From: a virus
IMG/VR virus record: IMGVR_UViG_3300047494_000053
Coordinates: 1-56,481 of that record
Length of the DNA: 56,481 nucleotides
Strand: one strand, 5' to 3'
Every line of letters starts with the position of its first letter. Position 1 is the stretch's first letter. Positions 8,836 to 18,206 of the stretch are shown here, in pieces. The notes under the pieces are model-generated. The model was not told the origin of the DNA and ran no database searches. It saw nothing but the letters and a program-made list of their open reading frames with translations. Position numbers and translations under genes: made by a program.

Positions 8836-9954
8836 TTAACTGTTGAGAGTATAGCTGGCGAGAAGCGCATTGACCGCGCTCGGCAGCCACGTGGCGCCGG
8901 TGTGCGGATCGACCGTGAAAAGGTCTGTCGTGTACATATAGCCGAGGCTGAGGTGCCAAACCGCGCCACTGGACGAAGTGCCGCCCGAAACGATGCCCTG
9001 CAAAATGGTCTGGTCGCTGGCGTCGAGCTTGCGATACGCGCCGGTGACCTGCACGCCGAGCACTGCGGAGACGGTGGTGGGCAGCGTGGTGAAGCTGAAA
9101 ACATCCTTGTTTCCGACCGCCGTGGCGAAATTGTAGGTGACGTCCGCGTCGAACTGGACCTCGCCGACCTCCTGCCAGTTGGCATTTGCCAGCGGCGTCC
9201 ATTGGACCGAGGAATTGGCGGCCGTCTTAAGGGTGCGCGTTGCCACGTCGCCAAGGAAGCTGTTGCACGGGTAGGTGCCTGGCCCTGTGGTGGTGTCGTT
9301 CAAATTGAAATCGTCGAGATACGCGAATGGCTCGGAAACGCCGCTGCCCTGCACGCGCACCTTGAAGCCGTTGAACCATGTGTTCGGGCTGGGCGTCTGT
9401 GACGTCGGCGCGATAGTGCGCACGCCGGACATGGAAAACGCCGAATTGCCGTTCACATGGATGTCGAACGATCCCGCCGTCCCCATGACGGCGCTAACCT
9501 CGATTTTGTTCCAGACATAGGGCGCAAAGGCATTAGGCGGCGAGGAGCCGAGGAGCACCGCCGTCGTGGTCGGCGTGCCGATATCCGGGTCGCCGGCATA
9601 GGCCAGGATGATGCCGGAATCGGTGAAGCACCGCAGCGTCAATTGCGCGATCTGGTTCGCATAGTCCATCAGCATGTAATCGACGATGCCGACGAGGCCC
9701 GAGACCATGAGCGTCGCGATCGACGGGAAGCCTGCGGTGTAATTCGCGTTGAAGGAAGCGCCCACGCCCACAGGCCCAAAATCCGACGCTTGGAGCGCGG
9801 CAGCGTTGCCGATGCCACCGCGGCCAGGAACGAACGTCACGACGGGGTAAGAGGCACCGCTTATGTCGTTCCAGGCCAGCGGGCCCGGCGCGCGGGCCTG
9901 CATATCCGCCTGCGCCGCATAATGGTCGAAGCCGTCGAATACGATCAGGCTCAT
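8836..9954 (-). CDS. Hypothetical tail/baseplate-associated protein (apparent paralog-like of 7322..8332), 372 aa
   Basis: Start moved to ATG 9954 (MSLIVFDGF), which forms an ATGA overlap with the upstream stop. Confidence 0.6.
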   Translation of the reverse strand: MSLIVFDGFDHYAAQADMQARAPGPLAWNDISGASYPVVTFVPGRGGIGNAAALQASDFGPVGVGASFNANYTAGFPSIATLMVSGLVGIVDYMLMDYANQIAQLTLRCFTDSGIILAYAGDPDIGTPTTTAVLLGSSPPNAFAPYVWNKIEVSAVMGTAGSFDIHVNGNSAFSMSGVRTIAPTSQTPSPNTWFNGFKVRVQGSGVSEPFAYLDDFNLNDTTTGPGTYPCNSFLGDVATRTLKTAANSSVQWTPLANANWQEVGEVQFDADVTYNFATAVGNKDVFSFTTLPTTVSAVLGVQVTGAYRKLDASDQTILQGIVSGGTSSSGAVWHLSLGYMYTTDLFTVDPHTGATWLPSAVNALLASYTLNS

Positions 9955-10175
9955 GCGTTCCCCCGGGCATATTCGATCGCGCAAAGCTCACGCGCCTGGG
10001 AAGCGACCAGGTCCTGCAGCTTGGCGAGCGCCGCCTCATCCTGCGCGATGGCGCCGACACGGCGCGCGGCCACGAAAAGCGCGGCGGAAATGGCCGTCGC
10101 TTCGTCGACGCCGGTCAGCGCAAGGACTGCCTCCATTGCCGTTGCGGCGGAATCGAGCGCCTGAAAATCCGTCAC
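9951..10175 (-). CDS. Hypothetical protein, 74 aa
   Basis: GTG start at 10175 overlaps the tape-measure stop (GTGA). Confidence 0.45.
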   Translation of the reverse strand: MTDFQALDSAATAMEAVLALTGVDEATAISAALFVAARRVGAIAQDEAALAKLQDLVASQARELCAIEYARGNA

Positions 10176-13042
10176 TTCCGCACCTGGCGCCCAGGAAGGG
10201 TCGCCGTGCCCGTGTTGCCGTACCAGTGCTGAAGGTTGCTGTGCACGAGCGCCGCGGATTTCTCGCGCATATCGTCCTCGGTATCGGCGCCGCTGCCGTG
10301 GAAATGATTGGTCTGGGAGAACGCCGCGCTGTGGGAATTCCCGCCCAGATTGTTGATTGTCGACGAGCTGCTCGCGGCGTTGCTCGCGCTGGCCTGTGGC
10401 GGCGCCGCCCGGCTTGCCGCCATGTCGCGAACGGAGTCCGCGATATTCCGCGGCAGCACCATTTCGTCCTTATGCAGGTTCGTCGGATAATTGTCGTATG
10501 GGACTTGGTCCCAGCCGCCCTCAGCACTGGCAATCGTCTGGTAGGCGGCCACCGCCACATAGGCCGCGGCCGCCGCCGGCGGGGCCAGGAGCCAGCCGAC
10601 ATAGGGGATTTGGGCCACGGAGGCGTAGGTGCCTGCCGCCGCCTTGCCGGCAGCCGCCAGGACCGTCGTGGACCCGGCGGAGGCCTCTGCTGCCTTGGCG
10701 GTGGCGGCGCCGGCGGTGGTTGCCGCGGTCCGGATGGTGACGCCGGTCACCGTAGCGCCCGTCTTAGCCGCTTCCACCGAAATGTGCTTGCCCAGCATTG
10801 CCGCGAGCTGGGCTATGGTGGCGGCCTCCTCGGGCGAAGCTGCGACCACACGCGCGGCCGATCCTGAAGCGGAGGCCGCCGTCATGCCGAGCTGCGTGGC
10901 CACCCAGTGGGCCAGCATTTCGATGCCGCTTTTGGCCCAGCTCTGCACCACGCCGATCGCGGCCTTTTCCATGGCCAAACCGGTCTGCCGGCCGCCACCG
11001 ATGGCCGCGCCGGCGATCTTCGAGAAGGCGCCCTCGATGGGCGCGCCGATCTTGGCCCACGATTGCTGCACGGCATTGGCTGCCTGCTGGTTTAGCTCGG
11101 CGACCTTGGCGACATATTCCTGCAGGGCGGCCGTCGCCTCCTTGTAATCGCCCGCGGCCGCGACGGTGTCGCCGAGGTCGATCTTGTCCTTTTCGTGGGC
11201 GGCCAGCTCCGCAAGCTGCTCATCGAGCACGGCGCGAAGCTGCGCCACCTGCGCGGTCACCTGGCTGTTCATGGCCGAGCTGTCGAACGCCAAGCCCACG
11301 CTCGGCTTGAATTCGTTTTTGTTCGAGCCCTCGCCGATTTTTGCGAGGTTCGCCTGCGCCTCAGCCATTTCCTTCGAGATTTCGAGGTTCTGCTCGGCCT
11401 GCTGGCGCTTGAGGTCGTTCTGTTCCTTCAGCGCGTCATTGTACTGCTTGCTGTCGACCTTATAGAGCCGGGCGGCCTCGGCGACCCATTGGCCGGCGAG
11501 CGCGATTTGCAGGTCAAGGTGGCCCTTGTCGGCGTCGATCTTCTCCTTGATCGACGCGGAATACTCCTGCCACTCGTCGCGGATCGCCTTGGACCCGGCA
11601 CGGGCGCCCTCGCTCTGCGCGCGCCGGCTGGCGTTCTCGAATTCCTGAAGGACCTCGCGCTGCTCATCCGAGCCGGCTTTCGTGAGCGCGATTTTGGTCT
11701 GCCAGAACGCCGCCTCCTGCGCCGCCGACATGGCGTGGAACTGGCCTTCGACAACTTGCTTTTGGAGCAGCTCGTCCTTCCAGGTTTTCAGGTCATTGCC
11801 GGATTTGTCGCTGATCGGCGGCGCCGGCACGCTGTCGGGTTTGGGCCGGTCGCCAGTCGAAGCCTGGAGCTTTGCCTTCTGCGCCTCCAGAGCGGCAAGC
11901 TGCGCCTGAAGCTGCGACAGGCCAGGCGTATCCGTGAATAGCTGCCCGACAATCGGCTCGGTTGCCAGGATGTCATGCGCCAGGTTCCAGGTGCTCGAAA
12001 AGTCCCTGATCTGCTCTTTGGTTCGCGCGATCTCCTGGTCGAGATTAAGGCCGATATCGAACGCGACGGCCATGTGATCCAAGGCAGGGATGACCTTGCC
12101 CATGATCGTGTTTTCGATCGAAATAAATTCTTCTTCGACGTTGTGCAGGTGGCCGATGTAGGTCTCGGCCGCCTCGGTGCTCTCGCCGGACAGGTTCTGG
12201 TTGAGCTGGCGGGCGTGCTCCTCGGCGGTGGCGAAGCCCTGCTGACCGAGCGTGTTTAGGACGGTGGTCAGATCCTCGCCGGACCTGCCAAACAGCGCCA
12301 TTTCGATGTTCGACTTGTTTTGGCTGGCCGTGTAGCTGGAGAGCTTCTCGGCGACCATGTCGATTTTTTCGGCAAGCGTAGCGTTCTTGAAGCCCGCTTC
12401 CTGCGCGTTGATGCCCATGGCGGAAAGGGCCCGGGACGCTTTGCCGTCGGCATTATCCGCCGCGTCCTGCATTGCCCGCGCCACCTTGGCGAGGTCGCCC
12501 TGGATGACCTCGAACGGCGTGCTCGTCTCAAGCGCGATCGTCTTCAGGGCGTAAAGCTGGCTCGTCGTCAGGCCGGTGGCGGCCGACAGCTTAACCATTG
12601 CCTCGGCGCCCTCGGCGTATTTGTTGATCGCCTCCGCCGCGCGCTCGAGGCCCAGTCCGGCCAGCGCAAACTCACCCACGGACTTCGCTGCATCCGAAAA
12701 TACCGATAGGGAAGAGGTCAAGTGCTCAAAGCCTTCGCCGGCGAGCTTCACGCGCTCATGCAGGCTGCCGAGGACGCCGGCGTGGTGCTCGGTCGCCGCC
12801 GCGCTTTTCTTGATTTCGGCCGTAGTCTTGGCGACCGTCGCCTGCAATTCCTTCTGCTGTGCAGTAAGCGCCTGGAGTGCTTCGAGCGCGGGTCCTTTCG
12901 CCTCGTCGCTCGCAGCTTGAAACGCCGACACCTGCTCCCGCACCGCCGCGTTGACGTCGGACAGCTCCGCCTTGGCGATCGCAGATTTCGTGCGGAGGTC
13001 AGTGACGTCCGCCAAATAGGCGATGGTGACATTCGAGGCCAT
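10172..13042 (-). CDS. Tail tape measure protein, 956 aa
   Basis: Long Ala/Gln/Glu/Lys-rich coiled-coil protein with a hydrophobic Gly/Ala-rich C-terminal third. Sits directly after the chaperone pair. Confidence 0.85.
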   Translation of the reverse strand: MASNVTIAYLADVTDLRTKSAIAKAELSDVNAAVREQVSAFQAASDEAKGPALEALQALTAQQKELQATVAKTTAEIKKSAAATEHHAGVLGSLHERVKLAGEGFEHLTSSLSVFSDAAKSVGEFALAGLGLERAAEAINKYAEGAEAMVKLSAATGLTTSQLYALKTIALETSTPFEVIQGDLAKVARAMQDAADNADGKASRALSAMGINAQEAGFKNATLAEKIDMVAEKLSSYTASQNKSNIEMALFGRSGEDLTTVLNTLGQQGFATAEEHARQLNQNLSGESTEAAETYIGHLHNVEEEFISIENTIMGKVIPALDHMAVAFDIGLNLDQEIARTKEQIRDFSSTWNLAHDILATEPIVGQLFTDTPGLSQLQAQLAALEAQKAKLQASTGDRPKPDSVPAPPISDKSGNDLKTWKDELLQKQVVEGQFHAMSAAQEAAFWQTKIALTKAGSDEQREVLQEFENASRRAQSEGARAGSKAIRDEWQEYSASIKEKIDADKGHLDLQIALAGQWVAEAARLYKVDSKQYNDALKEQNDLKRQQAEQNLEISKEMAEAQANLAKIGEGSNKNEFKPSVGLAFDSSAMNSQVTAQVAQLRAVLDEQLAELAAHEKDKIDLGDTVAAAGDYKEATAALQEYVAKVAELNQQAANAVQQSWAKIGAPIEGAFSKIAGAAIGGGRQTGLAMEKAAIGVVQSWAKSGIEMLAHWVATQLGMTAASASGSAARVVAASPEEAATIAQLAAMLGKHISVEAAKTGATVTGVTIRTAATTAGAATAKAAEASAGSTTVLAAAGKAAAGTYASVAQIPYVGWLLAPPAAAAAYVAVAAYQTIASAEGGWDQVPYDNYPTNLHKDEMVLPRNIADSVRDMAASRAAPPQASASNAASSSSTINNLGGNSHSAAFSQTNHFHGSGADTEDDMREKSAALVHSNLQHWYGNTGTATLPGRQVRK

Positions 13043-13051
13043 GCGGAGCTC

Positions 13052-13273
13052 CTAATGGCCATACCGTTTCCGGTATTGCTCGCGCGTCATCGGAACCTCT
13101 GTCGGCTCCGGCTTTTTGAAATTCAGGAAATGCGCGACCATATCATCGACGAAGGGGATTTCAGCCCACTCCGCCTCATAGGCCTGCCAACGCTCCATCG
13201 TGACCGTTTCCTCGATCACGTCCCACGGCAGGTTGAGCCGTCGCGACAGGCGGGCCGTGATCTGGAAAAAGTC
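13052..13273 (-). CDS. Putative -1 frameshift extension of the tail assembly chaperone (gpT-like), or a small independent ORF
   Basis: The -1 frame relative to CDS 13273..13668 is open from 13411 to stop 13052-13054. It has an internal ATG at 13198 and fills the gap before the tape measure start at 13042. Confidence 0.4.
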   Translation of the reverse strand, partial: DFFQITARLSRRLNLPWDVIEETVTMERWQAYEAEWAEIPFVDDMVAHFLNFKKPEPTEVPMTREQYRKRYGH

Positions 13274-13668
13274 TAAGGGCTCTCCGTCGCCGCGGATTCC
13301 CCCGGCTTGGTTTCCTTTTTCCGGCCTGACGCTGCGGTGATGATCGGCATGAACGCGAACACCAGCTCTTGCCGATCGGTGCCCGTGTCCTCGAATTCGT
13401 CCATGGTCAGGTCAGGGTGCGCGCGGGTGAGCGCGACATAGGTCACGTAGCCGAGGTCCTCCCAATCTTGGTCGGACAGCGTGTTCATCGGCGCCTGATT
13501 CGTGATGAGGATTTCCCAGAGGCGATCAAGCTTCGTGTTGATGAGCTTGAGCTGCTTGATCCCGAGTTTTGGCACCGGCCACGCCTCGCCGCCGAACCGG
13601 ATAACCGAGATTGATGCATCGATCGCGGTGTCGTCTGTCTTCAACAGTTTCCGGTCCGGCTTAACCAT
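13273..13668 (-). CDS. Tail assembly chaperone (gpG-like), 131 aa
   Basis: Acidic 131-aa protein located between the major tail protein and the tape measure. Confidence 0.65.
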   Translation of the reverse strand: MVKPDRKLLKTDDTAIDASISVIRFGGEAWPVPKLGIKQLKLINTKLDRLWEILITNQAPMNTLSDQDWEDLGYVTYVALTRAHPDLTMDEFEDTGTDRQELVFAFMPIITAASGRKKETKPGESAATESP

Positions 13669-13687
13669 GGATTCCCCCGTTCAATTG

Positions 13688-14443
13688 CTACGCGCCGGAG
13701 GGCGAGTAGCTCTCCAAATAGACCTGCCCTGCGGCGTTTTGCGCCATCAGGAAGTCGATTTCCGGCATCATGAAATCGGTCAGCTTGAAGCCGCGGCCGA
13801 GTTTCGTCGAAATGCAGTTGTAGAACCGGCAATAGAAGCTGCCGCCAACCGCGTCGACGGTGACGTATATCAGCTCGAAAACCGGCATCGTGCCGATCGG
13901 CTTCGCGATGGTGGTTTTGGTGAAGCCGCCGTGCGTCGTATCCTTATAGGAATAATTGAGGAGCGCAGCAGCGCCGGCGTCGACGCTGTCGAATGTATAG
14001 GTTCCGCCCGTGCTGACCTCGTACTGGCCGGCCGCCGTGAGCGTGCCTACCAAGGTCATCGGATTCTGGGTCGCGCCATAGAGCGCGCCGAGGTCCTCGT
14101 CGAAATTCGCGCCATTGGCCGCGACCACGGTGAAAGGCGCGCTGGCCGGGATCGAAACGGCCTCTCCCTGCGCGACGAGGACCTGCGATCCGGCGACAAT
14201 GGTGTTGCCGTTGAACAGGTTGATAGCCTGCGCCGACATGAGCGCGGCCTTGGCCTTGCCGCTCGTTTTCACCGTGCCGCGGCGCACCGCCAGCGCATAG
14301 TCCGTCGACCCGTACAGACTTTTTGCCTCGCCATCTTCGTCGAACGAAAATTCGTTGACCTTGCCGATGTTGATGGGCGTGGCCATCGGGATATCGATGC
14401 GCTTCGCCCAAAGGGCGCCAGGACCGTACGTGATCTGACCCAT
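13688..14443 (-). CDS. Major tail (tube) protein, 251 aa
   Basis: Position upstream of the chaperone and tape measure. Beta-rich sequence. GGAG RBS upstream (ggagcctttatcATG). Confidence 0.7.
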   Translation of the reverse strand: MGQITYGPGALWAKRIDIPMATPINIGKVNEFSFDEDGEAKSLYGSTDYALAVRRGTVKTSGKAKAALMSAQAINLFNGNTIVAGSQVLVAQGEAVSIPASAPFTVVAANGANFDEDLGALYGATQNPMTLVGTLTAAGQYEVSTGGTYTFDSVDAGAAALLNYSYKDTTHGGFTKTTIAKPIGTMPVFELIYVTVDAVGGSFYCRFYNCISTKLGRGFKLTDFMMPEIDFLMAQNAAGQVYLESYSPSGA

Positions 14444-14560
14444 GATAAAGGCTCCATCTTTGGCCGAGCACGGCCTTTGGGATGCGGCGTCTCACGACGC
14501 TGCGGGAAGCCCTTGCCAGGGGCGTTCTATGGCTACCGGCCGCGCGGGGCCGGCATCTGG

Positions 14561-14794
14561 TCAGGCAGCTTCGAGCCGCCGGATAAGCTCGGGGATGGCG
14601 TCGCCCGTAAGGTGGTTGAACCCGGCCGTGTCCGCGGAGGAAGGCGTGTTCATGATTTTGTCGTTCACCCATGCCGCCACGATCTTCGCGTAATCGGGCT
14701 TGCTGGCGTGCGTGGCGTCCAGTGCCGCATGCACGGCCCTTTCGATCGCGGCATCGGCCGTGGTCTCCACTGGCGTCTCTGCTTCGTCTGCCAT
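14561..14794 (-). CDS. Hypothetical protein, 77 aa
   Basis: ORF 14561..14851 trimmed to ATG 14794 (MADEAETPV), just after the stop of the upstream gene. Confidence 0.45.
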   Translation of the reverse strand: MADEAETPVETTADAAIERAVHAALDATHASKPDYAKIVAAWVNDKIMNTPSSADTAGFNHLTGDAIPELIRRLEAA

Positions 14795-14798
14795 GCGC

Positions 14799-15590
14799 TC
14801 ATGCTCCGGGCGGATTGACGGCGATCGCTTGCGGCAGGGCGCCGGCAACAAGCGTGAGGTCTGCGGTTTTGCCGTACTGGTCGACCACGGTGGCGCCGTT
14901 CAATTCGATTCCGGTCACCGATAGGAGCGTCGCAGTGTCACCGGCGCCGACCGTGTAATCGAACTGGAACGTGGTGCCCCGCGCCGGCGGGGCCGGCAGC
15001 AGTGCCGCCGTGCCGCCGCTGTTGAGCTGCAGGACCGGCACGCCGCCGGCGATCGTGACGCCGACATTGAACACGACGGAAAGCGGCAGCACGTCTCCGG
15101 TGATGATCGACGCCGGCGCGCCGGTTGCCACGGTGCCGAGCGCCTTCGCGCGGGGAACGATCAGGTCTCGCACGAGCATTCGGATCGGCATCACGGCGAC
15201 CGATTGGCTCTGCGGCTCGCCAGTGGCGACGATGGTGCGGCCTTCGCGCCAGGCGTGGAACACCAGCCCGCCCAGCGTTTGCCGGCCATCGGTGGTCAGA
15301 TACGCCGTGAACAGCGCGTCGATCAGATCCATCAGATCGGTAAGGTTCGTCGATGCAGGCCCGTCGCCGTTCTGGCAGTAAATCCAGATTTGCGCGGTCA
15401 TTTCCGTGTTTGGGTTTATGCCGAACGAGGCCGGCGGGATTGCCTCCTCCTCGAACGGCCGCACGAAAATCGCCGGCTGGCCGGGCGTCTTAGACCAGTG
15501 CGCAAGCCGGCGGTCCTTCGTCGACCAGATAGGCGAGCCGCTTACAAACTGGAACAGCGCCTCCAGTATTTCCTCGCGGTTGACGGGCAT
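14799..15590 (-). CDS. Tail completion/terminator-like protein with C-terminal Ig-like domain, 263 aa
   Basis: The N-terminal part resembles DUF3168/gp11-like tail components. The C-terminus (LQLNSGGTAALLPAPPARGTTFQFDYTVGAGDTATLLSVTGIELNGATVVDQYGKTADL) fits a bacterial Ig-like repeat pattern. Confidence 0.55.
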   Translation of the reverse strand: MPVNREEILEALFQFVSGSPIWSTKDRRLAHWSKTPGQPAIFVRPFEEEAIPPASFGINPNTEMTAQIWIYCQNGDGPASTNLTDLMDLIDALFTAYLTTDGRQTLGGLVFHAWREGRTIVATGEPQSQSVAVMPIRMLVRDLIVPRAKALGTVATGAPASIITGDVLPLSVVFNVGVTIAGGVPVLQLNSGGTAALLPAPPARGTTFQFDYTVGAGDTATLLSVTGIELNGATVVDQYGKTADLTLVAGALPQAIAVNPPGA

Positions 15591-15593
15591 CGG

Positions 15594-15812
15594 CTACCAG
15601 GGCCGCCGGGAATATTCGAGGAAGATGACATGCTTTTGCATGTCATTTGCTGCCACCGTGCAGCCAGTTTGTGCCTGGATCATGACCACCGTGCCTGCCT
15701 CCATCTGGTTTGCCAGATCGCGCAGCGCCTCGATCGCCGCCGCGCTATCGCTGCAAATGCCGAACGGCAGCGTATCCGCGCCGGTGTGCAGAAAATCGCC
15801 GGCATCAAGCAT
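15594..15812 (-). CDS. Hypothetical head-tail joining region protein, 72 aa
   Basis: ORF track. Overlaps the upstream gene by 8 nt. Confidence 0.45.
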   Translation of the reverse strand: MLDAGDFLHTGADTLPFGICSDSAAAIEALRDLANQMEAGTVVMIQAQTGCTVAANDMQKHVIFLEYSRRPW

Positions 15813-16311
15813 CGTTGGTTTTCCGCACTGCGGCCTCCACGGCCTCGTTCAAGCTGTCCAGCACGGAACCGGCTGTCTCGTGATAGGGCCCGTGCAAATA
15901 ATCGAGCTGCGCCAGGCCGCCGGTGCGCGAGTATTCGTCGACCACGATGTCCATTGGCTGAATGAACAGCGAGAAAATATGGTCCAGCGTGCGGTGATGC
16001 GACTGAACGATGAAGCTCTCGCCGCGGCTGCCGTACTCGAGCGCGGCGGCCTGCTTCACGACGGCCGCCGGAGCGCCGGCGAGCGAAACCCAGCCGCGGA
16101 TCCGGTCGTTGCTGTCCTCGGTGCCGCTATGGATCGCGGAAGCCACCGCTCCGGTTTTGCCGCGCGGCACGAGCGCCTCGACGGCGCCCTCCAGCTCGGC
16201 GGTGACCTCTACCATGCGCTCGCGCAGGCCTGCGTGGGCCAACTCCGGAAATTGGTCGAACCGCAGCGCCGCGCGATTATCGCCGATGACGCGGGCGCCA
16301 TAGCCGATCAT
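15805..16311 (-). CDS. HK97 gp10-like tail-component protein, 168 aa
   Basis: Start moved to ATG 16311 (MIGYGARV), giving an ATGA overlap with the upstream stop. Position and size are typical of the gp10 family. Confidence 0.55.
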   Translation of the reverse strand: MIGYGARVIGDNRAALRFDQFPELAHAGLRERMVEVTAELEGAVEALVPRGKTGAVASAIHSGTEDSNDRIRGWVSLAGAPAAVVKQAAALEYGSRGESFIVQSHHRTLDHIFSLFIQPMDIVVDEYSRTGGLAQLDYLHGPYHETAGSVLDSLNEAVEAAVRKTNDA

Positions 16312-16982
16312 GGGATAACCGGCACGCGGTAGCGGTCGATCAGCTCCAGCACGCTCGGCGGGAACGCGCCTTTCGGGCCGTCCGGAATCCAGTATTCGAT
16401 TTCGCCAACGCCGCCCATCTGGTTCGTGCGCTTGGCAAATGGGTCGCGCGCCCGCTGATAAAAGGCGCCGGTCACCAGCTCCAGCGTGGCTTGCACCAGG
16501 CCTCCCGGGATGGTGGCGTGCCCGGCCACATATTCGACGGTGGTCGGAAGCGAGAAGAACTTGCGCGGGAAGCCGGTGAGCGCGCTGAGGCCGATGACTT
16601 GGCCCGGTATCGGATTGAGCACGTAATCCGTGCCCTGGGTCAGGGTGACGTTGTCGGCAAGATTCGGGTCCACCTGTATGACGATCGACGAGACGGAGGC
16701 GACCGGGAAGCGCGAGAGCTGTAACGGATTGAAGCTGCCTAGGGACCAGAACGGTTCGAAGTCGCGGTCCGGGTAAAACAGGTCCTGCACCGTTTCGACG
16801 GCAAAAATCCGGTTGCAATATTCCTGGATCATTGAGGACGCGATCGAGATTTTGCCTTGAAGATAGGCGTCCTTCGTCGTGTCGGCCGTTGGAATATTCA
16901 GCTCGGCTTTCACAGTCGGCAGGTCCGTCAGATCGTAGCTGGCCGCTGGTGTGATAACGGTGGTTATGACCTGGATGCCCAT
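16308..16982 (-). CDS. Head-tail connector (gp6-like), 224 aa
   Basis: YDLTDLPTVKAELNIPTADTTKDAYLQGKISIASSMIQEYCNRIF matches the gp6-like connector N-terminal pattern. Confidence 0.7.
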   Translation of the reverse strand: MGIQVITTVITPAASYDLTDLPTVKAELNIPTADTTKDAYLQGKISIASSMIQEYCNRIFAVETVQDLFYPDRDFEPFWSLGSFNPLQLSRFPVASVSSIVIQVDPNLADNVTLTQGTDYVLNPIPGQVIGLSALTGFPRKFFSLPTTVEYVAGHATIPGGLVQATLELVTGAFYQRARDPFAKRTNQMGGVGEIEYWIPDGPKGAFPPSVLELIDRYRVPVIP

Positions 16983-16995
16983 GGGCCGGGCCCCT

Positions 16996-17334
16996 TTAGA
17001 TCACGGGGACGCTGGTGACGGTCAGCGTGGTGTTATTGGTCTGGGCGACGGCCGAGACGATCTTGATCGCGCACAGGCCGCGCAGCGGGCTCGGGTCGAA
17101 CGAGAGGTAGGAGGACGCCGCCAGGTTGCCGCTGAAAAGCGCGCCGGCGGCGCCGACGACGGGGAAAAAATTGGTCCCGTCGATCGAGCCGAGAAGGCTA
17201 ATGGATTCGGCGGTCCAGTTTGCGTCCGTCAGGATGCCGCACGGGCAGAACGGGGCCAGGTTGATCGCAGTCGACACGGTCCCCGCCGCTGCGAACGTCC
17301 CCGTCGCGGTGTTGACATTGTTCTCCAACGCCAT
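16996..17334 (-). CDS. Hypothetical beta-rich protein, 112 aa
   Basis: ORF track. Lies between the capsid and connector genes. Confidence 0.5.
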   Translation of the reverse strand: MALENNVNTATGTFAAAGTVSTAINLAPFCPCGILTDANWTAESISLLGSIDGTNFFPVVGAAGALFSGNLAASSYLSFDPSPLRGLCAIKIVSAVAQTNNTTLTVTSVPVI

Positions 17335-17400
17335 CGGTCGGCCCCCTGTTCGGTAGGTTCCGCGATCGCTCCATGCGGTCGCGGCCTGGTTTCTTCAGCA

Positions 17401-18138
17401 TCAGACCCGGTTGGCCCAGGTGCGGAAGTAATCGATCGCCAGCTCGCCATTGCCCGCGCCGGACGCTTTGTAGAGCGAGAGGTAGGGCTGCATGACGGCC
17501 AGGGTGCCGGAAGGCGCAAAGGTCATGGCGAGAGCGTTGTTTTCCACGCCGTCGATCCAGACATGCGCCTTGCCATCGCCCGGCCAGTCGACGCGCAGGA
17601 TGTGCCATTCCGTGGTAGTGCCAATGGTCAAGCCGACCTGCTCGGTGTTGCGGGTGGTGCCATCGTAGCTTTCCGCAAGAAGGACGCCGTTTCCACGCAG
17701 GCCGAACCGCACGTAGGCGGTGTTATTGTCAGGCCCGGAAACGTAGCTTGACGCTAAGCCGAGCACCGCCTGCACGGCGCCGTTTGGAAGCACCGGGCAC
17801 TGTAGCCGGACCTCGAAACCGCCGATCTTGCTCGCGTCGATGCTCAGGTTGTCGAGGAAATATAGAACCGCTTCCTGCGCTTCGCTCGTGGTGTCCAGCA
17901 GGATTTCGGCCTGGCCGCCTACGCCGTTGGCAATCTGGCCGACTATCGGCGTGCCGGCGGTCTGCACCAGTTTCTTGCCCCACAGCGTTCCGGCCGTGGC
18001 AGCGGTAGGGAAAACCTTCGAGCCCGCGCCGATGAAGTCGTCCTCGAAAAACAAGGCCGCCATCGGGAAAATGGTTTCGTTTGTTGCCAGGTCCAGGAAG
18101 TGCAGGACGCCGGCCTTGTATTTGGAAGTGGTGGTCAT
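17401..18138 (-). CDS. Hypothetical protein with ConA/LamG-like jelly-roll features, 245 aa
   Basis: Start moved to ATG 18138 (MTTTSKYK). The C-terminal WHILRVDWPGDGKAHVWIDGVENN...LAIDYFRTW is lectin/glucanase-fold-like. Confidence 0.55.
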   Translation of the reverse strand: MTTTSKYKAGVLHFLDLATNETIFPMAALFFEDDFIGAGSKVFPTAATAGTLWGKKLVQTAGTPIVGQIANGVGGQAEILLDTTSEAQEAVLYFLDNLSIDASKIGGFEVRLQCPVLPNGAVQAVLGLASSYVSGPDNNTAYVRFGLRGNGVLLAESYDGTTRNTEQVGLTIGTTTEWHILRVDWPGDGKAHVWIDGVENNALAMTFAPSGTLAVMQPYLSLYKASGAGNGELAIDYFRTWANRV

Positions 18139-18206
18139 TGTCCGCAGCTCCAGTTGGGACCCGGCGTCAAAGCCGGGCCCGTTGTCGAGGGATCCTACCG
18201 CGCGCC

